From assembly GCA_963772365.1 (NCBI GenBank), contig CAVYXA010000004.1, positions 32,001-96,000 of the forward strand: DNA of 64,000 bases, in the 5' to 3' direction. Source of the stretch: an uncultured Verrucomicrobiae bacterium (GTDB lineage Bacteria > Verrucomicrobiota > Verrucomicrobiia > Chthoniobacterales > UBA10450). The notes beneath the pieces are model-generated. The model did no database searches. It saw only the letters and a program-made list of their open reading frames with translations, and was not told where the DNA came from. Made by a program: the position numbers and the translations under genes. Positions 49,730 to 59,922 of the stretch are shown here, piece after piece (the stretch's first letter is position 1; each line of letters starts with the position of its first letter).

Positions 49730-50590
49730 CTAAACAACCGACACCTTGCGCTCCCGGGTGAGAATTCTCACCAACACATTAACGCAAAAAATTCCGGTGA
49801 CGAGCACAAGCGCGCCGGCCCAAGCCTGGCGGTGCCAGTCGTCATACGGCGAGATGGCGTAAGTGAAAATTTGCAACGGAAGGGCGGCGATCGGTTCATT
49901 CAAATCGTGGTTCCAAAAACGATTGCCGAACGCGGTAAAAAGAAGCGGTGCGGTTTCGCCCCCAATGCGGGCCAGCGCGAGGAGCATGCCGGTGATAATT
50001 CCTTTCGAGGCGGTCTTCATCACGATATGCACGATGGTTTTCCAGCGAGCCACTCCGAGGGCGAGGGCGGCTTCGCGGTAACCATTCGGCACGAGCAGAA
50101 TCACCTCCTCAGTTGTTCGCAGAATGAGCGGGATCATGATGAGACCAAGGGCAAGGCCGCCGGCATATGCGGAAAAGCCTTTGAAGCGTAAGACAACCAG
50201 CCCGTAAACCGCTACCCCCCAGGTGATCGACGGAACGCCGTTGAGCACGTCGGCAACGAAGCGCAGCATCGAGTTTGCGCGAGCGGTGCCGTATTCAGCC
50301 AGGTAAACTCCACCAAGCACACCGACCGGAATGCCAATCGCAGAAGCGAGCGCGAGCAATTCGAGCGACCCAAGAATTGCGTTGGCCATTCCACCTCCGG
50401 GCTCACCCACTGGCTTTGGCAAATGCGTGAAGAAATCCCAATTCACTGAGCTGGCGCCATTGGCGAGGAGATACAGAAAAACCAGCGCGAGCGGCGCGAT
50501 CACCAGTAGCGCCGAAACAAACGTGGCAGTCATAGCGAGGACATTCTTAATCTTTCGCCAAACGTGATGATCTGCTCGTGTGGTGTACAT
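49730..50590 (-). CDS. pstA: Phosphate ABC transporter permease
   Basis: [31 protein letters not shown]. Confidence 0.94.
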   Translation of the reverse strand: MYTTRADHHVWRKIKNVLAMTATFVSALLVIAPLALVFLYLLANGASSVNWDFFTHLPKPVGEPGGGMANAILGSLELLALASAIGIPVGVLGGVYLAEYGTARANSMLRFVADVLNGVPSITWGVAVYGLVVLRFKGFSAYAGGLALGLIMIPLILRTTEEVILLVPNGYREAALALGVARWKTIVHIVMKTASKGIITGMLLALARIGGETAPLLFTAFGNRFWNHDLNEPIAALPLQIFTYAISPYDDWHRQAWAGALVLVTGIFCVNVLVRILTRERKVSVV

Positions 50591-50592
50591 CG

Positions 50593-51588
50593 TTACTGCA
50601 CGGCTCGGGTTGTCGATGTTGTCATCATCGTTTTGAGAAGAAGTTGGGCCAGCAGGTTGACCAAAATGGTGACGCCGAAGAGCACCAATCCGATCTCGAA
50701 CAATGCCGCCAGATAAACATCGGTGGTTGCTTCGGTGAACTCATTCGCGATTACGCTGGCCAGCGTGTAACCGGGCTGGAGCAGAGATGCGGCGATTTGG
50801 GGAGTGTTGCCGATCACCATCGTGACCGCCATCGTTTCCCCAAGCGCGCGTCCGAGGCCGAGAATGACGGCGCCGAACAAACCTTTCCTCGCATAACTCA
50901 GGACCGCAATCCGTGTCACTTCCCACTGTGTCGCCCCCAGCGCGTAGGCCGCTTCGCGCTGCAAGTTCGGAACACTTCGCAGAATCTCACGCGAGACCGA
51001 CGTGATGATTGGCAAAATCATGACGGCGATGATGAGTCCTCCAGCGAGCATGCTTGGTCCGTAGTTCGGCCCGGTGAACAACGGCGTCCAAACAAAGAAG
51101 CGTTTGAGGAATGGCAAAGAAGGTGTCCATCCGAATACCTGCTTGAGAAATGGAAATGGATAATCTCGCAGCCATGGCACCATGACGAAAATTCCCCATA
51201 GCCCGAGAATTACGCTCGGGATTGCGGCCAGCATTTCGATTAATGAGACGATCGGCTGCCGGATCCAGAGGGGCGCGAGTTCAGTCAGATAAACTGCCGT
51301 CGCAATGCTCAATGGCACCGCAATCAGCAGAGCAATGAACGATGAGACTAACGTCCCGTAAATGAACGGCAACGCGCCAAAATCCCCTGCGTTTGGGTCC
51401 CAGGTCGATGTTGCGAGAAAATGGAAGCCAAACTTCTGGATGGCAAGGGAAGAGCCGCGGGCCAGTTGCCAGCCGATGAGGAAGACCAGCACAACCACAG
51501 CCATTGCCATTCCAAGCGTAAGCCACTCAAATGCTTTGTCCCCAAACCGCGACGGCGGCTTCATCTGGGCCGCCGCCGCAGTTTGCAT
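50593..51588 (-). CDS. pstC: Phosphate ABC transporter permease
   Basis: LAAIPSVILGLWG, REAAYALGAT, GRALGETMAV. The upstream ATG at 51618 lies inside a repeat. Confidence 0.94.
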   Translation of the reverse strand: MQTAAAAQMKPPSRFGDKAFEWLTLGMAMAVVVLVFLIGWQLARGSSLAIQKFGFHFLATSTWDPNAGDFGALPFIYGTLVSSFIALLIAVPLSIATAVYLTELAPLWIRQPIVSLIEMLAAIPSVILGLWGIFVMVPWLRDYPFPFLKQVFGWTPSLPFLKRFFVWTPLFTGPNYGPSMLAGGLIIAVMILPIITSVSREILRSVPNLQREAAYALGATQWEVTRIAVLSYARKGLFGAVILGLGRALGETMAVTMVIGNTPQIAASLLQPGYTLASVIANEFTEATTDVYLAALFEIGLVLFGVTILVNLLAQLLLKTMMTTSTTRAVQ

Positions 51589-51611
51589 CGGAATCTCCGG
51601 TGTAATCGCTC

Positions 51612-51706
51612 CTGTCATTCTGAGCCAGGCGAAGAATATCTGATCATTCTTTGTCAGTCATGGAGAGCAATGATTGGAGATGTTTCGCTCCGCTCAAACA
51701 TGACAG
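51612..51706. repeat. GTCAT...ATGAC element (family C) between pstS and pstC
   Basis: ctgtcattctgagc...gctcaaacatgacag. Confidence 0.8.
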
Positions 51707-51715
51707 AAATAAGAG

Positions 51716-52735
51716 CTAGTATTTGATTTCGTTAATTCGCTTCAACACCCGTTTCTGCACGTTGTCCGGCAATGGAGCATAATCCAGATCCTTGGCCATT
51801 TGTTCACCCTTGGTCTCGGCCCATTTCAGGAATTCAACGATCTTCTTGCCCTTTGCGTGGTCCTTCTGGTTTTGGTAAACGAGCAACCAGGTGGCGCCCG
51901 CGATCGGATAAGCGTCTTTGCCCGGCGCGTTCGTCATCGAGAATCGGAAATCATCTGGAATATCTGCGGTCGCCAGCGCGGCGGTGACCGATTCCAAGCT
52001 TGGCTTAACGAATTCTCCGGCGGCATTCTTTACGTCCGCGTAGGGCATCTTATTCTGGATCGCATAGATCAGTTCCACATAACCAAGCGCCCCTGGCGTT
52101 TGCTTCACTTGTCCGGCCACGCCTTCATTGCCTTTGCCACCAATTCCGGTCGGCCAGCTTACTGACGTATTTGTGCCTACCTTTGATTTCCACTCCGGGC
52201 TGATCTTACTCAAGTAATCAGTCCAGATGTAGGTCGTTCCGCTGCCATCCGAACGATGCACGACGACGATTTCCTGGTCGGGTAACGAGACGCCCGGATT
52301 CAACGCCACGAGCTTCGGATCATTCCATTTCTTGATCTGGCCAAGAAAAACGCCGGCGATCGTATCGCTGTCGAACTTCAGGGTTGGATTGCCGGGGAGA
52401 TTATAAGCAACGACATCCGCGCCCGCGACAGTGGGAATGTGCAACAATTTCCCCGGCGCTTTGGCCAGATTTTCATCGCTCATCGGGCCGTCGGATGCGC
52501 CGAAGTCGACGGTTTGAGCGAGGATTTGCTTCTGGCCGCCACCGGATCCGATCGACTGGTAATTGAACCGGACCGATGGATCAACCTTGGCATATTGATC
52601 GAACCACTTTGAGTAGATCGGATACGGGAAGGTAGCGCCGGCTCCATTGATCATCATCTGCGCCGAAGCGGTCGCAGTGATACCAACCAGCAGAACGCCT
52701 GTGAAAAATTTGCGGACGAGGTTGAGAGAATTCAT
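51716..52735 (-). CDS. pstS: Phosphate-binding protein
   Basis: GAGATFPYP, YQSIGSGGG, DFGASD, RSDGSGTT. Confidence 0.96.
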   Translation of the reverse strand: MNSLNLVRKFFTGVLLVGITATASAQMMINGAGATFPYPIYSKWFDQYAKVDPSVRFNYQSIGSGGGQKQILAQTVDFGASDGPMSDENLAKAPGKLLHIPTVAGADVVAYNLPGNPTLKFDSDTIAGVFLGQIKKWNDPKLVALNPGVSLPDQEIVVVHRSDGSGTTYIWTDYLSKISPEWKSKVGTNTSVSWPTGIGGKGNEGVAGQVKQTPGALGYVELIYAIQNKMPYADVKNAAGEFVKPSLESVTAALATADIPDDFRFSMTNAPGKDAYPIAGATWLLVYQNQKDHAKGKKIVEFLKWAETKGEQMAKDLDYAPLPDNVQKRVLKRINEIKY

Positions 52736-52784
52736 AGATGCTCGCACCCTGCCGCAACCCATTCCGAAGCGTCAAAATTTTTAG

Positions 52785-52802
52785 TGTTACGTTTGTGTGA
52801 CG
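52785..52802 (-). promoter_or_regulatory. Putative Pho box upstream of pstS
   Basis: Minus strand GTCAC-acaaac-GTAAC: two half-sites 11 bp apart, about 50 nt upstream of the ATG. Confidence 0.55.
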
Positions 52803-52851
52803 CAACATGAGATTGCGCCGGCACCCGGAGCGGCTGCGCTACAAGAAGAAG

Positions 52852-52939
52852 ATCCGCTGAGACAGACAGCGGACACTACAGCATCCTTACCGCTGTAGCG
52901 TGCGCTGTCCTCAGCGCATTGGATCAACGCGTGGCTACA
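52852..52939. repeat. Cluster of GTAG/CTAC REP-like elements, intergenic
   Basis: tccgctgagacagacagcggacactacagc and gctgtagcgtgcgctgtcctcagcgcat. Confidence 0.85.
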
Positions 52940-52973
52940 TCCAAGTTCCCGCCCGGAGCAATCGACGCCGAAA

Positions 52974-53663
52974 TCAGAAACGCATGACCGGTGCGATGTG
53001 TAAAAGCGAGCCTTCGCTGGTCAGATTGGAGATCGAGTGGTAGGCGATTTCAGCAACGCGACGACTGACATCTTCAGGCGTAAAACTGTTGCCCGTTTCC
53101 TTCTCAATGGATGTCATGGTCACATCTTGAATCCCACACGGAATGATCTGACTGAACGGCGCGAGATCGCCGCACACATTCAACGCGAATCCATGCATGG
53201 TAATCCAGTGGCGCACTCCGACTCCGATTGACGCAATCTTGCGATCGTGCACCCACACACCCGTTAGGCCAGGACGAGTCCGGCCCGCGATATCGAAAAT
53301 GCGCAGGGTTTTCACGAGCAAATCTTCGATCCAACGCAAATATCGATGCAGGTCCTGGCCGCACCGTCGAAGATCGACAATCGGATATCCGATTAGTTGG
53401 CCGGGCCCATGATAGGTGGCCTGGCCACCGCGATTAATTGTAAACAGCGGATGCGGAAGATGCGCTGCATCGAGCAGACTCGATTGATCCGGAGTCCGGC
53501 CCATGGTGTAAACCGGATCGTGCTCGAGCATCAGCAAACAGTCCGGCGCCAGTCGATTCTCCCGTTTCTGCGCAACCAATTCTTCCTGCATCTGGAGCGC
53601 GTCGGCGAAAGGCACTCGGCCCAGCCAGCGCCATTCGAATGTTTTGCTATTGGCCGTGTTCAT
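52974..53663 (-). CDS. lipB: Octanoyltransferase
   Basis: EHDPVYTMGR, RGGQATYHGPGQL, KIASIG, HGFALN, IPCG. Confidence 0.95.
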   Translation of the reverse strand: MNTANSKTFEWRWLGRVPFADALQMQEELVAQKRENRLAPDCLLMLEHDPVYTMGRTPDQSSLLDAAHLPHPLFTINRGGQATYHGPGQLIGYPIVDLRRCGQDLHRYLRWIEDLLVKTLRIFDIAGRTRPGLTGVWVHDRKIASIGVGVRHWITMHGFALNVCGDLAPFSQIIPCGIQDVTMTSIEKETGNSFTPEDVSRRVAEIAYHSISNLTSEGSLLHIAPVMRF

Positions 53664-54163
53664 ATTTGTGATTCACCCGGAATGCCCAAGCGCATCATTT
53701 CCTGGGCTCGCAAATGAGTGAGCCCGATGGCCAGCGCATCAGCGGCGTCCGCATCTGGAGTTTCTGTTAAGCCCAGCAAGGCCCGCACCATGAAAGCAAC
53801 CTGATTTTTTGCCGCGCCGCCACGGCCGACGGTGGCTTGTTTGATGCGGCGCGGCGAATATTCGAAAATCGGCAATCCGTTTTCCGCCGCAGCCAGAATA
53901 GCAGCGCCGCGAGCCGCGCCGAGCAGGATCGCGGTTTTGTGACTCTGCACATAAATCACGCTTTCCAGCGCACAACAATCCGGTTGGTGCGTTTTAATAA
54001 GTTCCGCTAATTGAGCGCGAATCCCGACGAGGCAGGATGAGGAGCGCAACGAGCTGGGATTGCGAATGGTGCCGAAATATAACGCCCTGGCCTTGCCGTT
54101 GTTTGCATCGACAACCGCGACTCCCGTGTTCCGCAACGATGCATCGACAGCCAAAACTCGCAC
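53660..54163 (-). CDS. ruvC: Holliday junction resolvase
   Basis: VLAVD...TG, ALE, ARG, IKQATVGRGGAAKNQV, DAADALAI. GTG start inferred. Confidence 0.93.
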   Translation of the reverse strand: MRVLAVDASLRNTGVAVVDANNGKARALYFGTIRNPSSLRSSSCLVGIRAQLAELIKTHQPDCCALESVIYVQSHKTAILLGAARGAAILAAAENGLPIFEYSPRRIKQATVGRGGAAKNQVAFMVRALLGLTETPDADAADALAIGLTHLRAQEMMRLGIPGESQI

Positions 54164-54244
54164 CGCCCAACTTAGGATCGACCATCGCCGGTTCAAGATG
54201 GAATCGACAATCTCTGTCGAGCTAGTTAATTCATCGGGAATTCA

Positions 54245-54952
54245 ATGAGCGAACCTGTTCGGCAACAAACTTGTGTTGTTTGCAAGAAATCATTCCCGTC
54301 CTCTCGCGGACAGCTGGCGGAGCTGATTCGGCCATCGCTGCACGAATTCGTTCGCAAACGTCTGCCGGGTTGGGATGGCAAGGGCTTCATCTGTCTCAAT
54401 GATCTCGGCGAATTCAGAAAAGAATATGTAAAGGACGTCCTGGAGGACGAGATCGGCGAGCTGACCGCACTCGACCAGGAAGTCATCGAAAGTTTGCAAG
54501 AGCACGAAATCCTCTCGAGCAACATCAGCCAACAATTCGAGCGAAAGCTGACGTTTGGCGAGCGACTTTCCGATCACATTGCGACGTTTGGCGGCAGTTG
54601 GCGTTTCATCATCCTCTTCGGAACCGTCCTTCTCGGCTGGATAGCTCTCAACGTAATCGTGTTCCTTAACCGTGGATTCGATCCTTACCCATTCATCCTG
54701 CTTAATTTGATTCTATCCTGTCTGGCGGCGATTCAGGCGCCGATCATCATGATGAGCCAAAATCGGTCGGAAGCGCGGGATCGCTTGCGAGCCGAAAATG
54801 ATTACAAGGTCAATCTGAAAGCCGAGCTGGAAATTCGACACCTGCACGAAAAAATCGATCATCTTCTGCGCCGGCAATACAATCGGCTTTTCGAAATTCA
54901 GCAGATCCAGATCGAGCTGCTGGAAGAGCTGGGGCGAAAACGGCGCCCGTGA
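54245..54952 (+). CDS. DUF1003 membrane protein
   Basis: FGGSWRFI, FDPYPFILLNLILS, QAPIIMMSQNR. Confidence 0.92.
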   Translation: MSEPVRQQTCVVCKKSFPSSRGQLAELIRPSLHEFVRKRLPGWDGKGFICLNDLGEFRKEYVKDVLEDEIGELTALDQEVIESLQEHEILSSNISQQFERKLTFGERLSDHIATFGGSWRFIILFGTVLLGWIALNVIVFLNRGFDPYPFILLNLILSCLAAIQAPIIMMSQNRSEARDRLRAENDYKVNLKAELEIRHLHEKIDHLLRRQYNRLFEIQQIQIELLEELGRKRRP

Positions 54953-55078
54953 TTGACCCTTCACGGAAATCAGCTCGCGCCTGCGGCGATTGGTTGCCAT
55001 CGTCTTCGGGAGAAGCCGATCCACCTACATCGGGGTGGAACGCGTTGGCAAAAACAAATGCGGCTTTGGCCGCCATAC

Positions 55079-56320
55079 TTAGTCGCGACCCCAAATCATC
55101 GCCACAGATGTCGTGAGACTCCCGCCCATGTTGAAGGTGAGGAAACGTTTTGCGTTTGGAATTTGTCGGGCACCGGCTTGCTCGCTCAGATGCTGATACG
55201 CTTCGTAAACCTGACGCACGCCGACTGGCCCCGACAGGATGCCCATCGCCAATCAAACCGCCGCCGGGGTTAACCGGAATCTCAAACGCAAACGGACCCC
55301 GCATTTTTTCATTGCGCACTTGCGGCAACGCGGTTGCGCCGCTCTTGGCCAGGTCTGCGCCTTTGCCTGGTTCGGCGAGACCCAGAATTTCGTAAACGAC
55401 AATTTCGGTAACGGAAAAGCAATCGTGCACGTCCGCGCCATCGAGGTCGCGCGGCTTGATGTTCGCCATTCCGAACGCTTTCTCCGCGGCTTTCCGTGCG
55501 ATCGAAAATGTCGGCGCGTCCTTTTTGTTGAGCGGGAGGTAATCGGTCGTGTGACCGAAACCGAGCAGGCGCGGCGTCTTCTTTTTAGCGCGCCCGGTCC
55601 TTTCCAAAAATTTTCCAGACACGAGCACGAGGCCAGCCGAGCCATCGGTGATCTGCGAGCAGTCGGAAACCTTCAATGGTGGGGCGACGCTCGGATTTTT
55701 GTCCGAGACCTGCGAGGCGCAGCTGAGAGTGAGATCGGCCTCGCGCATCTGGGCGAGGGGATTCAATTTCGCGTGCGCGTAATTTTTCCAGGCAACAGTT
55801 GCCAGGTCGGCTTCGCTTCGCGCCGTAGTTGTCGATGTAAATTTGGGCGATCCGTCCAAACAGTTTCGGGAACATATAATCGCCGTACTCGGGCTTTTCG
55901 TTGTGATAATCGGCCGCGGCTCCAAGCACATCCGCGCCATCGAGCGACGACATCGTTTTCTGTTGCTCCGCGCCTACCACGAGCACGACATCATAAAGTC
56001 CGCCCATGATCCATTCCGCGCCCAGCAAAACTGAGAGGGCGCCCGCTAGCGCAGGCCGCTTCGGTGTGCATCGTCGGGAATGCCGCGCAATTTCGGATCG
56101 ATTTCAGGAATAAATGCGCCGAGCTGCAACTGCTTGGTGAACTGGCCGGAATTAAAATTTCCCACCGCGCCGGCCTGAATCTCTGACCGGGTCGATCTCG
56201 GCATCATCCATCGCTTTCTTGCCGGCTTCGATGATCAAATGCCGGATCGTCTTGCCTTCTTTTTCAGGTTGCGCTTAAAGTCCGTGCGCCCGCCGCCGAG
56301 ATGTAAACTGGCTCGCTCAT
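55079..56320 (-). pseudogene. Thiolase (acetyl-CoA acyltransferase family) with several frameshifts; may be assembly error
   Basis: Fragments in different frames: MSEPVYI/GGGRTDF, HTEAACASG, VVGAEQQ, CSQITDG, DVHDCF, NPGGGLIGDGHPVGA, NMGGS. Confidence 0.8.
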
Positions 56321-56350
56321 ATAGGATAATCTACCAATCATTCCGCACTG

Positions 56351-56881
56351 TCACCACTGCGGCCGCTCATTAGCTTGATCCTCTTCCTCGGAAATTGGCC
56401 ACCGTGCGTCGATCGGAAGGGAGTTCAAGCGAGTGAATAAATTCACGGAACCGCTCCGAGAAAATTCCTGTCGCAGTCTCCAATAATGCCCCATCCCGGG
56501 GGATGCGATATAATGGCGAAGAAGGCCGCACCATCCCTGCCAAATCTGTTCGTCCATGACCCGATGAACATGATGAAAATGGATCGTTTCAAATGCCTTG
56601 AGAAATTGGTAGGCGGAATGAAAAAAGCGGGCCTGCTCTTCCGCCGATAGCGATTGGAGATTTTCCAGACCTGCCCGCCAAATTCGGGCCAGCTCTGCGT
56701 TTTCGGCGAAAGGCCGCGTAACTTCACGAAGGGAAGTGGCTGCCGCATCCTGCGCCGCCAGTCTCGCCACACGCGTGCTTTGATGAACTTGAACCGCGAG
56801 ATAAAGAACGGAAAGAACGACTGCAATCGAGCCGATGATTTGCGAGACCGCACTGATGGCGTCCCAGTTCGAATGACTCAT
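56351..56881 (-). CDS. Hypothetical protein with an N-terminal transmembrane helix
   Basis: NWDAISAVSQIIGSIAVVLSVLYLAVQV; ATGA overlap with the upstream gene; C-terminus may be frameshifted. Confidence 0.65.
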   Translation of the reverse strand: MSHSNWDAISAVSQIIGSIAVVLSVLYLAVQVHQSTRVARLAAQDAAATSLREVTRPFAENAELARIWRAGLENLQSLSAEEQARFFHSAYQFLKAFETIHFHHVHRVMDEQIWQGWCGLLRHYIASPGMGHYWRLRQEFSRSGSVNLFTRLNSLPIDARWPISEEEDQANERPQW

Positions 56882-58060
56882 GCGCAATCTGAAACTCCGA
56901 ACGCGTCGATCCCGGTGACGTCCGACCGATGACCAGCATGTGGACATGTCGGGTTCCTTCATAAGTGTAAACGCTTTCCAGATTCATCAGATGCCGGATC
57001 ACTGAGTAGCGATCAGTGATGCCGGCAGCACCAAGGATGTCGCGCGCTTTGCGAGCGCACTCGAGCGCCATGGCGACGTTGTTGCGTTTTGCCAACGAAA
57101 TTTGCGCTGGTCGCGCCGTGCCGGCTTCCATAATTCGAGTCAATCGCAATGCCAAAAGTTGCGCCTTGGTAATTTCCTGCACCATCCAGGCCAGTTTTTC
57201 CTGCACGAGTTGAAAACCGGCAATCGGTCGCCCAAATTGTTCTCGAGATTTGGCGTAAACGAGCGCCGTCTCATAGCAATCGATCGCTGCCCCAATCACC
57301 CCCCAGGCAATACCGATTCGCGCTTGTGAAAGACATGACAACGGCGCGCGCAATCCTTTCGCGTTCGGCAAACGGTTCGATTCCGGAATCCGGCAATTCG
57401 TCGAACCAACATTCCGACGTGCGCGACATGCGCAGACTGAATTTCCCTTCAATGTCGTTAGCGCGAAAACCGGGACGCGTCTTTCTCGACCACGAATCCC
57501 GCCACGCGTCCATCATCATCCTTCGCCCAGACAACTTTCACATCGGCAATGGAAGCGTTGCCGATCCAGCATTTGCTGCCGTTCAATATATAATTAGCGC
57601 CGTCGCGCTTCGCCCGGGTTTCCATCCCGCCAGGATCGGAGCCGTGCCCGTGTTCGGTCAGGGCAAAACAACCGACGCGCTCGCCCGACACCAATCCGGG
57701 CAACCAGCGCTTTTGTTGCTCAGGCGATCCGAACGAATGAATCGCATGAATGGCCAACGGGCCTTGTACCGACGCCAGCGAGCGTAATCCCGAATCCGCT
57801 CGTTCCAATTCCTGCATGATCAATCCGTAACCGGTATAACTCAGCCCGGCGCAGCCGGGCTCTTTCAGATACGGCGCATAAAACCCGAGCGAGCCCATTC
57901 GCGGGATGAGATGCTCCGGGAATTTCCCTGCGCGATGACACGGAACAACCTCCGGCATCGCTTCCTCCGCCACGAATTTTCGCGCCCGATCACGCGCGGC
58001 GCGCTCGTCATCAGTAAGCAATTCTTCAACCGCGTAGTAGTCGAGAGATCCCGGTGTCAT
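56878..58060 (-). pseudogene. Acyl-CoA dehydrogenase (glutaryl-CoA DH-like) with frameshifts; may be assembly error
   Basis: ELERADSGLRS, FALTEHGHGSDP, GSKCWIGN; KFSLR in another frame; REQFGRPIAGFQLVQ, NLESVYTYEGT. Confidence 0.82.
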
Positions 58061-58091
58061 TGAGAATTCAACAGGAAGCTATTCCATAATC

Positions 58092-58172
58092 GTCATTCCG
58101 AGCGAAGTCGAGGAATCCATGGCGCAACTCACCGGTAGTTCCACGGGATGTCTCGACTTCGCTCGACATGAC
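58092..58172. repeat. GTCAT...ATGAC element (family C), intergenic
   Basis: gtcattccgagcgaagtcgagg...tctcgacttcgctcgacatgac. Confidence 0.88.
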
Positions 58173-58193
58173 ATGTGGCGGCCGCAGCCTCCG

Positions 58194-58322
58194 GGTAGCG
58201 CACGCGTCTCGGGTGCTGGCAAGGGCGTCCTCGCCATTGCGAACTTTCTTTATGCCTGCAAATCACAAGCAAAGTTCGTTTCGGCGCGACGCCTAAACCC
58301 CACACCAGACGCGTGCGCTACC
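58194..58322. repeat. 129-bp palindromic element with a 16-bp terminal inverted repeat (MITE/REP-like)
   Basis: ggtagcgcacgcgtct / agacgcgtgcgctacc, with inner cgaacttt/aaagttcg. Confidence 0.85.
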
Positions 58323-58359
58323 TGGAAATCGCGCTAGAGTCGCGCGATACGCATCAGTT

Positions 58360-59898
58360 ATGGCTCGACTCCACGAGTATCAAGGCAAAGCAATTCTGGC
58401 TGCGAATGGATTTAAGACTCCGCGGGGTCGTGCTGCATCGACTGCGGAAGAAGCAGTCACGATCGCCAAGGACCTGATGGCAAACGGCAATGCGGGTGTG
58501 GTCATTAAAATTCAGGCCTGGACTACTGGACGCGCCGGAATTGGCGGAGTGGCTTTTGCCAAACGACCGGCCGATGTTCGCGGTCACGCCTCACGAATGT
58601 TGTCGATGAAAGTGGGCCAGTTTCCAGTCGAGGCTGTGCTGGTGGAAGAGAGGATCGACATCGATCGCGAGTTTTTCTTGTCGTTCGCCATTGACGACGC
58701 TGCCCGGGCGCCCATCATTGTTTTCGCGGTCGGCGGCGGCACCGGAATTGAAGAGCGCGCCGCATCGACAAAGCGAATTCCTTGCGATCTCAAAACCGGA
58801 CCGCTGGATTCTGCGCTTACCGAAGCCGTTGCGTCGAGCGAACTGCCCGCAGCGCAAGCAGAGAACCTGCGCGACTCGATTCGGAAATTGTATGCTGCCG
58901 CACGCAGCGTGGAAGCGCGTTCCCTAGAGATCAATCCGCTGGTGTTGACGAAAAAAGGTGAGTTCGTCGCGGCTGATTGTCGGATCACGATTGACGATTA
59001 CGCCGTGGCGCGGCATCCGGATCTCAAGATCGAAATCGCGCGTGAGTTCGATCATCCACCGACGCCATTGGAGCGTGTCGCCTACGCTGTCGAACAAAAC
59101 GATCACCGCGGCACATTTTATTTTGCGCAGTTGGCCACCGCGGCCGCAAAAGGATCCAAAGGGCTGGTCGGTTTTCACGGCGCTGGCGGCGGGGGATCGA
59201 TGATGTCGATGGACGCGATCGTGAACGCCGGATTCACAATTGCCAATTTTACTGATACCAGCGGCAATCCATCGGCATCGAAAGTTTATCGAGCAGCGCG
59301 AATCATTCTGACTCAGCCTGATTTGGTAGGCTATTTCGGTTCCGGATCCGGCGTTGCTAGTCAGGAACAATATTGGTCGGCCTACGGATTGGCCAAGGCG
59401 TTCTGGGAACTCGAGCTCAACATACCGGCAGTGATTCGACTGGGCGGCAATACCGAAGACCGGGCAGTAGAGATCTTGCATAGAATGGCCAAGCTGCTCG
59501 GCGCATCAATCGAAGGTTATCGCAAAACCGATTCGCCGGCTTTTATCGCCGAGCGATTCTCCCAGCTCATCGCCGAATCCGGCGGTACGAAATGGCGCCC
59601 GAGAAAACCGCGCGCGCCGAAGTTCGTTAACGATTCGGCGGCAGCCAAGCTTCCATTGAAAGCTGGCCGGGTTTGGATCGACAAGGCGAAGTGGCCCGAG
59701 ATCCGTGCGGCAGTCGAGACACACTCCGCTGGATTAATTGCAGACCGCGACGGAGCTCCCTTGCCGGGTCTGCCGGATGAAGAATTCGCCACCAAAGATT
59801 CGGAGTTGCTCGCCTGCGACGTCGAATGCCGCCTGGCCGGCGTCGAGGGATTTTATCTTGAGCTTGATATTCCCGGCCTCGACGAGATTACGCCCTGA
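58360..59898 (+). CDS. Succinyl-CoA ligase beta-subunit-like ATP-grasp protein with a C-terminal extension
   Basis: RLHEYQGK, KIQAWTTGRAGIGGV, EINPL, AADC, GAGGGGSM, ANFTDTSGNP, IRLGG. Confidence 0.8.
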   Translation: MARLHEYQGKAILAANGFKTPRGRAASTAEEAVTIAKDLMANGNAGVVIKIQAWTTGRAGIGGVAFAKRPADVRGHASRMLSMKVGQFPVEAVLVEERIDIDREFFLSFAIDDAARAPIIVFAVGGGTGIEERAASTKRIPCDLKTGPLDSALTEAVASSELPAAQAENLRDSIRKLYAAARSVEARSLEINPLVLTKKGEFVAADCRITIDDYAVARHPDLKIEIAREFDHPPTPLERVAYAVEQNDHRGTFYFAQLATAAAKGSKGLVGFHGAGGGGSMMSMDAIVNAGFTIANFTDTSGNPSASKVYRAARIILTQPDLVGYFGSGSGVASQEQYWSAYGLAKAFWELELNIPAVIRLGGNTEDRAVEILHRMAKLLGASIEGYRKTDSPAFIAERFSQLIAESGGTKWRPRKPRAPKFVNDSAAAKLPLKAGRVWIDKAKWPEIRAAVETHSAGLIADRDGAPLPGLPDEEFATKDSELLACDVECRLAGVEGFYLELDIPGLDEITP

Positions 59899-59922
59899 AC
59901 AATCTCTGACTTTCGAGGCGCA

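Noticed and set aside
54810..55230. C-terminal extension of the thiolase ORF overlapping the DUF1003 gene
   Set aside because: Frameshift artefact; the real C-terminus (...NMGGSLTTSVAMIWGRD*) ends at 55079 in another frame.
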